DNA of 64,000 nt from Williopsis jadinii (Eukaryota): contig AP024667.1 in assembly GCA_024346625.1 (NCBI GenBank), positions 1,302,001-1,366,000 of the forward strand. The letters are read 5' to 3'. Numbering within the stretch: the stretch's first letter is position 1; the number at the start of each line of letters is the position of its first letter. Below the pieces are notes generated by a model. The model ran no database searches. It had not been told where the DNA came from and saw only the letters and a list, made by a program, of their open reading frames with translations. Position numbers and translations under genes: made by a program. This document shows, piece after piece, positions 1 to 9,793 of the stretch.

Positions 1-734
1 TCATTGATGCTTACATTTGCCAAGTCGTAGAGGATCTGTGCGGTCAACCCCCACAGGTCTTTGATGCTTCTCTCAGTTTGCTCATGCTCAATCTCCTCAT
101 CGCTGCTCAAGTCTTGGATATTATCCAGCCAGTGAATTTCATTTGGGTTCTCACTTGGATAGAAGTAGTGCTTAATTGGCCATCTCAGGTTCCCCCACTT
201 GAAATGGTTTGTAGTCTTTCTAATGTATTCATGTTGAGCATTTAGACCAATCAGGTCCAGTAGAGGAACCGAAAAGATGCTCGACGTTTCACCGGGGTTC
301 AGGATGAACTGGATGTCCGATATGGTCTCCTGAGGATGGTTGGTCTTGTGTAAGAAACAAACCACAGGCCGGACGCTGAGGAAAGTTCTCGATAGATAGC
401 ATGGCATCTCGTTCAGTTTCTCCAGAACAAACCCTCTCTTGTTCAGCTCCTCGTCGAACGGCAGCCCGATTTCCTCCATGGTTTCTCTCCTTGCAACGTC
501 GTACCCACTCTCTTCAACATGGTCTGACTTGCCACCAGGTAACGAGACGTGTCCGGAGAAGTTATTCAGCTGCCTCGACCTCCTGGTCAACAGAACACGA
601 ACCTCTCCGTAGTTGCCAATGAAGAGCACAATCATCACCGCAGAGCGGCGTAAAGGAGGCCATATGGAATTCAGTGGATACACACGAGGACACACGTAGT
701 TCCTAATGTTCGAGAGCAGCGCGTGGGAGTTCAT
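1..734 (-). CDS. PCD1: Nudix CoA diphosphatase (peroxisomal Pcd1-like); 3' end runs off the window
   Basis: Manual translation from ATG at 734: MNSHALLSNIRNY...RRSAVMIVLFIG...VLLTRRSRQLNNFSGHVSLPGGKSD...VARRETMEEIGL (CoA-Nudix motif followed by Nudix box) and a late WGLTAQIL. Absent from the ORF track because its stop lies outside the window. Confidence 0.88.
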   Translation of the reverse strand, partial: MNSHALLSNIRNYVCPRVYPLNSIWPPLRRSAVMIVLFIGNYGEVRVLLTRRSRQLNNFSGHVSLPGGKSDHVEESGYDVARRETMEEIGLPFDEELNKRGFVLEKLNEMPCYLSRTFLSVRPVVCFLHKTNHPQETISDIQFILNPGETSSIFSVPLLDLIGLNAQHEYIRKTTNHFKWGNLRWPIKHYFYPSENPNEIHWLDNIQDLSSDEEIEHEQTERSIKDLWGLTAQILYDLANVSIN

Positions 735-1740
735 CTCAGCGCCGAATGCTAAGCCAAGGGTTCGTTGCGAGTGCTGAAGTGAAGGATGAGTCTCAGGAAA
801 GTGGATGACTAACGTTGATCGAACAAAAACGGGACTCAAGGACAAAAAAGGAAGTCCAATGTTCTGTGGGACTACTACAAGGGCTACAAGGGTCTAGCAA
901 TACAGTGCTGAAGATATTGCAATGATGGCTCCGTAAAGCCTCACCAGATGCGGTGTTGAGGACTCTACTCAGTGGCTACGACCGTGTAGACAGAACCTTA
1001 TGTCTAAACCTCATTAGGATGTAGATATAGATATAGCTCTAGATAGAGATATATATCTTTAACTATGGAGAGAAGGGACTAGTCTCCTGGCCCTGGAACC
1101 GCGTTTCACCCGGCACGCGCGCGCTGCCCCGGACTGGTTGAAGCACAATTGTGCGTGTCAGGGAGATGACCGTGCCTCCTCAGCAGGACACCGGGTACTG
1201 CTCCCTGTACCAGCGTACAGTGCTTCACGTAGCCAGCACACGACAATAAGCACGGTTGTTCTACTGCACAGAGCAACGGTCTCACAAGAACGCGTAGTTT
1301 CACGAGATGGGCGTGAACACCGGTTCCAAGTCCCGGAGTCCCCAGCCTCCATCGCACAAATGAGGTTGTTGCATATAGTGGTTGGGGCAACTCCCTGATA
1401 AGAGAACGTTCGCTACACCACACAACTGACCAGCCAATTGGCACAAGTCACACCAGTGCCATAGCGTTGCAAAGCCCAGAGCACCCTTGGACGTGGCATG
1501 TGAGCCCACCACAAGTGCTTGTGTCCTCAGTGCAGCGTACAGGCCTGTGGGAGAAGCCCACTGGAGAAGTCCACTGGCAAAACACCAAGCTCTCTAATTG
1601 TCCTAGTCCCTCCCTAGTCCCCATTCCTAGTCCCGTCCCCGCGGCTCGAGGGACTAGCAAAACCAGCGCAAAACGGGAGATAAGCGGGATTGTGTCTTGA
1701 AATTATAATCCCCTTTGTTCTCGGGGCGATTTTAGAACGT

Positions 1741-1770
1741 CAACAACAACAACAACAACAACAACAGCAA
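1741..1770 (+). repeat. (CAA)n microsatellite upstream of STB3
   Basis: caacaacaac aacaacaaca acaacagcaa. Confidence 0.85.
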
Positions 1771-1850
1771 CGGATAACAGGGACTTTCCCATTGTGAAAC
1801 TCACCAATACACGAGCCATTCGCCACAGAGAGCAGGTCCTCCATAAGCAA

Positions 1851-3053
1851 ATGTCACAGCTATCGCCAAAGACTTCGCCTGATTCGCTAGGCCCAACGTC
1901 CCCGTTCTCGACCTCGACCGAGAACGTGTCATCCTCCTCCGTGTCCCGCCAGGGCTCGACGACGACGTCTCCAGCCCTCATCACACAGGCCACGTATAAG
2001 AAGCCTACGCAGAAGCATGTCACTGAGCTCTCGACGTCGAGTGCGGAGGGTATTGCCGTGGCCAACCAAGTCACGCCGGAGAGGTTAGCACGGTTGTTGA
2101 TGGTTACTGGGCCTCTCGCCATTCGTCACATCACGTCGAACCTGAGTAATCAGATCCTGGGCTTTGATAAGCTCTCGCTGTCAAAGCAGAGACGGTTGAT
2201 CATGAGCTGCTTGAACCAAGGGTTTGAGTCTGAGTCCATCATCTTTGAGAAGATTGGCTGGGGACAGTGGAGAGCCAAGCAGGTTGCACCCGAGAGCTTT
2301 GTGAAAGAGCGCAACGCTGTTAGAATTGCAAATGCCAAAGTCAAAGAGAACGACACTGGCGTGGCAGGTCCGTCCATCTCAGCTGCAGCGAGTGCGAGAA
2401 GGGAATCCATCACTAAGAACAAGTACGAGCTGGACAGCCATAACAAGCTACTCAACACGCGTAAGAGAAGAGTTGGGCTACAGCAACATCACCAGCAGCA
2501 GCAACAGGGTTCTATGGATGACTACGCGATTGCGTCAGACGACGACGATGACGACCTCAGCGACTATCGCTCACACGACGACGACGATGAAAACGTGTTC
2601 AAATTCGACGATGACGAGATTCCACCTCTGAAGTTGAACCCAAGGTTGGTTTCACCACCAACGGGCCAGCAGTCACGCAAGTCCTCTGTTTCAAGGGTGC
2701 AGAAACCGAAGTTCAAACCTCACAGATCAAATTCCCAGACACCAACTTCGCCAGAGCTCTTATATTATCAGCCTTCTTCAACTACAAGTGTTATTAACGT
2801 TTCAGGACACCCGGGACATCGTAAGAGTGCCACGCTGAGAACAAGAAGACATAGCTCGATACGGTCAACGCTATCGCAGAATAACGGCCAAGGCGATGAA
2901 AACGCCTTAGAGGACTCCGAAACAGATGAAGAGGATTGGGCAACCATTGGTGCTCTACAACTCTTGAAGCGTGAAAAGGGTAACATCCAATCACTGTTGA
3001 AACCTGAGGAACAAGACGCTGCATTTGCTCTCGTCAATTTGAGATCCGTATGA
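1851..3053 (+). CDS. STB3: Stb3-like RRPE-binding transcriptional regulator
   Basis: First ATG at 1851 (the ORF track starts at an upstream GTG). Conserved block VTPERLARLL..GPLAIRHIT...LSLSKQRRLIM...IFEKIGWGQW, then RRESIT, SETDEEDW and a C-terminal AAFALVNL. Confidence 0.82.
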   Translation: MSQLSPKTSPDSLGPTSPFSTSTENVSSSSVSRQGSTTTSPALITQATYKKPTQKHVTELSTSSAEGIAVANQVTPERLARLLMVTGPLAIRHITSNLSNQILGFDKLSLSKQRRLIMSCLNQGFESESIIFEKIGWGQWRAKQVAPESFVKERNAVRIANAKVKENDTGVAGPSISAAASARRESITKNKYELDSHNKLLNTRKRRVGLQQHHQQQQQGSMDDYAIASDDDDDDLSDYRSHDDDDENVFKFDDDEIPPLKLNPRLVSPPTGQQSRKSSVSRVQKPKFKPHRSNSQTPTSPELLYYQPSSTTSVINVSGHPGHRKSATLRTRRHSSIRSTLSQNNGQGDENALEDSETDEEDWATIGALQLLKREKGNIQSLLKPEEQDAAFALVNLRSV

Positions 3054-3247
3054 CATATTCTCTTCGTTATTAACTCACTGTATAGTATAACTTTCAATGC
3101 ATCAGTTATTCAATCGACGTAGCTGGCTGGATGTTCACAGCTTGCGCCACTGGCACGATGTGGTGGTACTACGGTAGCACTACATGAAATAGTTAAAGAC
3201 AAATTTACATCTCATTCAATGTAAAGCCAATGAAGAATGCATCAAGC

Positions 3248-4624
3248 TTACTTCTTAGCAGCCTTTTGAGCAGCCTTGGTGACCTTACCAGCCTTGTCAG
3301 ACTTCTCAACGGACTTGATGACACCGACAGCAACGGTTTGTCTCATGTCTCTAACGGCGAAACGGCCCAATGGTGGGTACTCAGTGAAAGCCTCAACACA
3401 CATTGGCTTGGTTGGGACAAACTTGACGATAGCAGCATCACCGGACTTGATGAACTTTGGGTTGGACTCAAGAGACTTACCGGAACGTCTGTCAATCTTC
3501 TCCAAGATCTCATCGAACTTACAAGCAATGTGAGCGGTGTGACAGTCCAAAACTGGAGAGTAACCAGCAGAGATTTGACCTGGGTGGTTCAAGACGATAA
3601 CTTGAGCGTTGAAAGAGTCAGCACCCTTTGGTGGATCGTTCTTGGAGTCACCAGCAACGTTACCTCTTCTGATCTCCTTAACAGAGACGTTCTTAACGTT
3701 GAAACCAACGTTGTCACCTGGGACACCCTCAGCCAATTGCTCGTGGTGCATCTCGACGGACTTGACTTCAGTGGTGACACCGGATGGAGCAAAGGTAACA
3801 ACCATACCTGGCTTGATGACACCAGTCTCGACTCTACCGACTGGCACAGTTCCGATACCACCAATCTTGTAGACATCTTGCAATGGCAATCTCAATGGCT
3901 TGTCAGTTGGTCTTGATGGTGGCTCAATGGCATCAATGGCCTCCAACAAGGTCTTACCCTTGACGACACCAGCCTTGGTCTCCTTCTCCCAACCCTTGTA
4001 CCATGGACAGTTGGTGGAAGCCTCAATCATGTTGTCACCGTTCCAACCAGAGATTGGGACGAATGGAACAGTCTTTGGGTTGTAACCAACCTTCTTGATG
4101 AAGTTGGAGGTCTCCTTGACAATCTCAGTGAATCTGGACTCGTCCCACTTGACGGAGTCCATCTTGTTGATAGCAACAATCAATTGTCTGACACCCAAGG
4201 TGAAAGCCAACAAAGCGTGCTCTCTGGTTTGACCATCCTTGGAGATACCAGCCTCGAACTCACCAACACCACCAGCAATAATCAAGATAGCACAGTCAGC
4301 TTGGGAAGTACCAGTAATCATGTTCTTGATGAAATCTCTGTGACCTGGAGCATCAATAACGGTAACGTGGTACTTTGGAGTCTCGAACTTCCACAAAGCG
4401 ATATCGATGGTGATACCTCTTTCTCTCTCAGCTTTAAGCTTGTCCAAAACCCAAGCGTACTTGAAAGAACCCTTACCAAGCTCGGCAGCCTCCTTCTCGA
4501 ACTTCTCGATAGTTCTCTTGTCGATACCACCACACTTGTAAATCAAGTGACCGGTGGTGGTGGACTTACCAGAATCGACGTGACCAATGACGACAACGTT
4601 AACGTGAGCTTTTTCCTTACCCAT
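3248..4624 (-). CDS. TEF1: Translation elongation factor EF-1 alpha
   Basis: [33 protein letters not shown]... 458 aa; GTPase motifs; strong codon bias. Confidence 0.99.
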   Translation of the reverse strand: MGKEKAHVNVVVIGHVDSGKSTTTGHLIYKCGGIDKRTIEKFEKEAAELGKGSFKYAWVLDKLKAERERGITIDIALWKFETPKYHVTVIDAPGHRDFIKNMITGTSQADCAILIIAGGVGEFEAGISKDGQTREHALLAFTLGVRQLIVAINKMDSVKWDESRFTEIVKETSNFIKKVGYNPKTVPFVPISGWNGDNMIEASTNCPWYKGWEKETKAGVVKGKTLLEAIDAIEPPSRPTDKPLRLPLQDVYKIGGIGTVPVGRVETGVIKPGMVVTFAPSGVTTEVKSVEMHHEQLAEGVPGDNVGFNVKNVSVKEIRRGNVAGDSKNDPPKGADSFNAQVIVLNHPGQISAGYSPVLDCHTAHIACKFDEILEKIDRRSGKSLESNPKFIKSGDAAIVKFVPTKPMCVEAFTEYPPLGRFAVRDMRQTVAVGVIKSVEKSDKAGKVTKAAQKAAKK

Positions 4625-4711
4625 TGTGATTTATTACTATCAAATTTATCTAACTTCTCAGAAGGAATGCAAAATGATTTCCGGTGTGAGCGACAGAGTG
4701 AAAGAAAGAAA

Positions 4712-4730
4712 GAAAAAAAATTTTTCATCT
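4712..4730 (-). promoter_or_regulatory. RRPE-like element upstream of TEF1
   Basis: Minus strand reads GATGAAAAATTTTTTTT, matching TGAAAAWTTT, about 100 bp upstream of the ATG. Confidence 0.55.
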
Positions 4731-5947
4731 TCACTCTTCTCACAGACAAACAGAGAAAATTGACCCTTTTTATACAAATCGGGCAATTGGGCGGCAAATT
4801 TGAGGAACACAAAAAAATTTTTTCGTCTGTTCTGAAAGTTACACGTGGCCGTTGGGACTTTGTGCTGGGGATGCATACTTGAAGCCGTACTGAGATTTAC
4901 TCAGGCAGGGAGGGTAACACATATGCCAGGGCTGTGTAACCGAGATCACGTGATATACATGAAGCTGCGTACAATACCGATGGTTTAGATGGTTAATCAA
5001 TGGTATTGGGTTTCCATTCTTTTTAGTTGCAAAGGATGTCTCCAGATCATGTAGACACATCAAGCCAAAGGTTTGTGGTATTGTCATGCCGTGTAGCGTA
5101 TACCTTCTCTGTTTTGTTTGCCAAGTTGATGACTTCAACATTTCAAAAGAGAGTGGTGTAGCCTTAAGCGTAGAACATCATTGTAGAGAGCATTTTATAG
5201 GTATGAAATGCCAGTGTCACTAGGAAGAGAGCATGGGAGATATAGCAATAAGGGATAAGCTTCACGAGGTGTTGATCTAAGATTGTGCGCCATGATTATG
5301 GCACTTGGAGACATATACAAACGGACATGCATATGGACCAAACATGACACCAATTGGGCTTTATGGCTCCAATGAGGATCAATGGCTCCTTTCCATGAAG
5401 GAGAGACGTGGTATCCGAGGTGGAAGAACGGTAAGTGGATGGCGTACAATGGTTGGCAGTGGTAAACTGGCGGTGTACTAATGACCTCATTGAATGCGAC
5501 ACTCCAAAAGACATCGATCATATATCAAACAGAACAGGAGATGGCCGACATTGGCAGCCTGAGTCCCTCTATTTCGTCACCAGTGAAACAGAAGTTACCA
5601 CATCGAAAGGCTCAGAGGTATTCTATGACGTGGAATATTCACCTCCAAGTAGTCTCTGCAATAGGACAGCGCAAACAAATGTATTTGCAATGGTCAGAGC
5701 TCAAATGTATCCGAGCCAGTAAATCCAACTACCCTACATAATTTGACGACCAAAGCGACAGAGGTATTAGAAGAGACCATCGGATCTTATACAGCACCAT
5801 TAGACGTGATATTGGGACATGAGAAGCTCTCTCCAGACCCTCCATGTGTTGCTGACTCTGAAGGTCAATATAGCCATGCCCAAGGTAAACGACGGTCTAC
5901 GTTGATATTAGGAAGCAAAAAAGCAAAGCAAATGTTAGATTCATCAC

Positions 5948-7009
5948 TCACAGATCGTATGTAGCAAACTTGCGCAACTCTACCGGTATGGAGTCCCAAT
6001 GGCCATTCTCAACCAACCAATTACGTGAAAACAACTTGGATTCGTACTTGTCTGCGCCATCAGCGACCGTGGTAACAACGTTGGAACCTTCAGGTAGAGT
6101 CAGTGCCAACTGCTTTGCAGCACAGAGGTTTAATCCACCAGACGCACCAATCCAGCAGTCCTGCTCGTTTATCAAGTTATAGATCATGAGGATCGCCTCC
6201 GTGTCTGTTATCGTCACTGCACCATCTGCAATCTTGAGGGCGTCGCTCATCTGACCAGTCAAGTTATGCTTACCGATACCATCGACAAAAGACGGCTCAG
6301 CTTCACACTCCCACGACTGACCCTTTGAACTGATGAACTGACACAACCCGGACCCGACTTTATCGGCAAACCAGCATTGTGCTTTACCTTTCGTCATATC
6401 TTTCAAATAAGAGGCGATACCCATAAAGGTACCACCGGTTCCGGCAGAGGCGACGAACCCGTCAACTCTACCTTCCAGCTGGCTCCAGATCTCAGGACCC
6501 GTGGTCTCGTAGTGGGCCTGTCTGTTCTTCAAGTTGTTCATCTGATCAACAAACACACAGTTTGGCGTCTCCTCGGCGTAGATTCTAGCCGCCTCAACAA
6601 AGCAGTCTCTATGGCCTGGCGGAGCAGCGGCAGGGCACTTCACCACGGTACAGCCCAAGCTCTCCATGAGCTCGACTTTATCCTGGATGAGTGAGTCTGG
6701 CACGAAGAGAACAACCTTGAAGCACGGCGTGTATAGGCGGGCCAACAACCCCAAGGACACACCGCTGTTGCCGCCGGTGCTCTCGACCAAGGTACCGCCT
6801 GGGCTCACGGCGCCGCTGGCGACGACGTCGTCCAAGAGCTTCATCACGGCGCGGTCCTTGATGGACTGGCCTGGGTTCGTGTACTCAGCCTTGAAGAAGA
6901 TGTTTCGCCCGGTCTCTCTAGAAAGGGACTCGTGCTTGATCAACGGGGTGTTACCGATGCGGGAGAGGAACTGTTCTCTGTTGTAATTTGGGAATTGCGG
7001 GATAGGCAT
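5948..7009 (-). CDS. Cysteine synthase-like PLP enzyme (fold type II, CysK/CysM family), paralog A
   Basis: IGNTPL, KAEYTNPGQSIKDRA (PLP lysine), HYETTGPEIW, GTGGT phosphate loop, GIG, GASGG; 353 aa; intronless. Confidence 0.92.
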   Translation of the reverse strand: MPIPQFPNYNREQFLSRIGNTPLIKHESLSRETGRNIFFKAEYTNPGQSIKDRAVMKLLDDVVASGAVSPGGTLVESTGGNSGVSLGLLARLYTPCFKVVLFVPDSLIQDKVELMESLGCTVVKCPAAAPPGHRDCFVEAARIYAEETPNCVFVDQMNNLKNRQAHYETTGPEIWSQLEGRVDGFVASAGTGGTFMGIASYLKDMTKGKAQCWFADKVGSGLCQFISSKGQSWECEAEPSFVDGIGKHNLTGQMSDALKIADGAVTITDTEAILMIYNLINEQDCWIGASGGLNLCAAKQLALTLPEGSNVVTTVADGADKYESKLFSRNWLVENGHWDSIPVELRKFATYDL

Positions 7010-7104
7010 CTGTCAGTGTGCTCAATATATACTGTTATCGCTGTAGATATACACTCTTTACACATATATTGGACATATGGAACACGAAGAAGGGATCAAG
7101 GCAC

Positions 7105-7196
7105 TTATTTATACACGGAACAACAGCGTAAAAGCCCTCGCACAGAATACACCAACCCCCTCCGGGGGTGGTGCTTAGCAACACGTCATGAGTCAT
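7105..7196 (-). promoter_or_regulatory. TATA box and Gcn4/AP-1 site upstream of cysteine synthase-like paralog A
   Basis: TATAAATAA on the minus strand at 7105-7113; ATGAGTCAT (reverse complement ATGACTCAT) at 7188-7196. Confidence 0.6.
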
Positions 7197-7648
7197 CAGG
7201 CCATAGATAAGCTACAAACTCCGTACCGTCGCAACAACCTTCTCCCATAGTTAACATGGGCTCCCCGAGTCAGGAAAACAGAGCCTATGTGCCGTAGACT
7301 CTGTGTGTGTGCCCATGCTCTCCGTGTAGGGGCAGTCGAGTTGTTTCTTTTTTTGGCCGTGCTGCCCGCTCAGCTTGCCACTGATAACGAGAAATGGACA
7401 CGTCATCACCTCATGTGGTTACCCCTTCCGTTGGGATTGTTTTGCTACAATGGTGGATCGCTTGTTGGTGAAAGATGGAAACATCAACAAAAATGTGTCA
7501 AACGATTAGGTTCGATGTGAATTGTAAACAGACAGGCACCGTGGTAACGTTGACACATAACTGTGCATCTTGGAGGTTGTGGTGTTTGTGGTTGGTTCAG
7601 CTATGGGGAGAGCCACGGTTGCGTGCGAGGTGTTGATGATTCGCAAGC

Positions 7649-7656
7649 TCACGTGA
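7649..7656. promoter_or_regulatory. Cbf1-type E-box TCACGTGA
   Basis: ctcacgtgag in the upstream region of paralog A. Confidence 0.45.
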
Positions 7657-7720
7657 GTGTGTGCTGCGCGTACCATTTGTCCACGAACTTTACTGTAGTC
7701 GTTTCTTTTTTCACCTTTTG

Positions 7721-7760
7721 TCTTTTTTGGCTTTTTTTGTCTTTTTTTGGCTTTTTTTTG
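7721..7760. repeat. T-rich 10-bp tandem repeat (poly dA:dT-like tract)
   Basis: tcttttttgg ctttttttgt ctttttttgg cttttttttg. Confidence 0.8.
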
Positions 7761-7822
7761 TGAGACAGGGACATTTCTACAGGTAGATCGGACATTTCTG
7801 CAGACGAATGGGACATTTCTAT

Positions 7823-8290
7823 AGACAAATCAACACTTCCATAGACAAATCAACACTTCCATAGACAAAGCAGACTTCTGTAGACAAATCAGACTTCCAC
7901 AGACAAATCAACACTTCCACAGACAAATCAACACTTCCATAGACAAACCAACACTTCCATAGACAAATCAGACTTCCATAGACAAAGCAGACTTCCATAG
8001 ACAAATCAGACTTCCATAGACAAATCAACACTTCCACAGACAAATCAACACTTCCACAGACAAATCAACACTTCCATAGACAAACCAACACTTCCATAGA
8101 CAAATCAGACTTCCATAGACAAAGCAGACTTCCATAGACAAATCAGACTTCCATAGACAAATCAACACTTCCACAGACAAATCAACACTTCCACAGACAA
8201 ATCAACACTTCCATAGACAAACCAACACTTCCATAGACAAACCAACACTTCCATAGACAAATCAGACTTCCATAGACAAATCAGACTCCT
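7823..8290. repeat. Minisatellite of 24 units of 19/20 bp (AGACAAAYCAACACTTCCAY / AGACAAAKCAGACTTCCAT) with a 137-bp higher-order period
   Basis: Units parsed by hand. Blocks 7961-8097 and 8098-8234 are identical. Degenerate GGACATTTCT units precede the array from about 7765. Confidence 0.97.
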
Positions 8291-9341
8291 ACACAGACGA
8301 ATACGTAGCATACTTACGCAGCTCTTGAGGAATCGAATCCCAATGGCCCGTGGACTCTAACCACTCCCTGTTGAACAGCTTGGACGCATAGTTCTGTGGA
8401 AGATCAGCTGCCGTTGTCACCACGGTGGAGCCTTCTGGTAGCCTCTTTGCCAGCACAACAGCAGCAGCGATGTTGACACCGGCACTGGGTCCAACCCATA
8501 TGCCCTGGTCGTTGTAGAGCTTGTAGATCGTGACGATGGTTGTTGTGTCGTCAATCGTGACAGCGCTGTCGAGACGGTCCAGCAGCCCTTCCATCTGCGT
8601 CGTGAGGAACTTCTTGCCAATGCCCTCGACGAACGAATCTCCTTCTGATTCCCATGAACGACCACCAGTCGTTACATACGACGTCAAGCCAGAACCGTAC
8701 CGGTCAGCTGCCCATATAACGATGTCCTCTTTCTGGGATTTCAGAAACTGCGAGACACCAGAGAGCGTGCCGCCGGTCCCTGCTGCCGCTACAAACCCAT
8801 CCACGTTGCCTTGCAACTCGTTCCATATCTCAGGACCCGTGGTTTCGAAGTGGGCTCTCTTGTTGTTCACGTTGTGCGTCTGATCAACGTAGAACGCACC
8901 CTCGTGCTCATCTACATACCTCTGTGCAACGTTCAGAAAGAACTCAGGATGCTCCTGATCAACATCAACACGACACTTCACAACAGTGCACCCAAGAGAC
9001 TCCAAAAGGTCAACCTTGTCCTGGATCAACACGTCCGGGACAAAGAGCCTCACCTTGTAAGGAGGATCAAAAGAGCGTGCCAACAGAGCCAATGAAATGC
9101 CAGTGTTGCCAGCAGTGGCCTCGACCAACGTGTCTCCGGACTGTAACCCCCTTGCGATGGCATCGCGCAACAGGTATACAGCGGCTCTGTCCTTGATGGA
9201 CTGGCCAGGGTTTGAAGACTCCAGCTTGAAGTAGATGTTCCTTCCGAGTTCATTGGAGAGCGCTTCGTACTTGATCAAGGGCGTGTTTCCCACCTTGGAA
9301 ATGAACTCCTCTGAGGAGTACGTGGCGTATGTCACTGTCAT
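8289..9341 (-). CDS. Cysteine synthase-like PLP enzyme (CysK/CysM family), paralog B
   Basis: VGNTPL, KLESSNPGQSIKDRA, EATAGNTG, HFETTGPEIW, GTGGT, EGIG; 350 aa; alignable end to end with paralog A. Confidence 0.92.
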   Translation of the reverse strand: MTVTYATYSSEEFISKVGNTPLIKYEALSNELGRNIYFKLESSNPGQSIKDRAAVYLLRDAIARGLQSGDTLVEATAGNTGISLALLARSFDPPYKVRLFVPDVLIQDKVDLLESLGCTVVKCRVDVDQEHPEFFLNVAQRYVDEHEGAFYVDQTHNVNNKRAHFETTGPEIWNELQGNVDGFVAAAGTGGTLSGVSQFLKSQKEDIVIWAADRYGSGLTSYVTTGGRSWESEGDSFVEGIGKKFLTTQMEGLLDRLDSAVTIDDTTTIVTIYKLYNDQGIWVGPSAGVNIAAAVVLAKRLPEGSTVVTTAADLPQNYASKLFNREWLESTGHWDSIPQELRKYATYSSV

Positions 9342-9436
9342 CTGGTCCAGTTCTCGTGGTCACCTGACACAACCTTGGTGTGTCAATAGTGAGTTGTGGT
9401 GGAGTTGTGGTGGAGTTGGTGATGGGGACAACGACA

Positions 9437-9720
9437 TTTTATAGGCGTACTGGTGGAGGTGCGGTAGCCGAATTTGGCTGGCCGGGGCATACGTGAGCGC
9501 CTCCAAGGATTACATCACAGTTCACAGTTCACAGTGCACAGTGCACAATTCCCTCGCCATTGTGATGGAATCCGTGTGTTTATCCGGGAATTGGCCAATT
9601 GGAACACACAGCTGGCCAATACGTCATCAGTTATCCAGCTTTCCGCTTAATAGGATCGACTGTGCATTCCCATGACACACGCACTGTGGCGTGGAGGTGG
9701 GAGAGTTGGCATGTATATAA
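9437..9720. promoter_or_regulatory. Bidirectional promoter between cysteine synthase-like B and MsrA copy 1
   Basis: TATAAAA on minus at 9437-9443; TATATAA on plus at 9714-9720; five tandem 7-mers CACAGTT/CACAGTG/CACAATT at 9516-9550; ACTGTGGCG at 9683-9691. Confidence 0.6.
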
Positions 9721-9793
9721 GACTGTCGAAAGATGTGCCAATTGGAAGCATGGAGACCTTGTGGTTGTAATCACCGTATACAGACGCTGTTCC

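Noticed and set aside
3230..4882. Long antisense ORFs over TEF1 (228 and 232 aa), and similar ones over SPE3, ARB1, CPS1, ZRG8 and CHC1
   Set aside because: Shadow frames produced by strong codon bias in the real genes; no recognisable motifs.
5150..5940. Short ORFs between the TEF1 promoter and CysK-like A
   Set aside because: No recognisable family, mostly non-ATG starts. It could be decayed sequence, but I cannot support a call.
7823..8290. Repeat array as a CRISPR array, or as the 74-aa ORF 7819-8043
   Set aside because: Units are contiguous with no unique spacers, the context is eukaryotic and there are no cas genes. Mixed 19/20-bp units do not preserve a frame, so the ORF is incidental.
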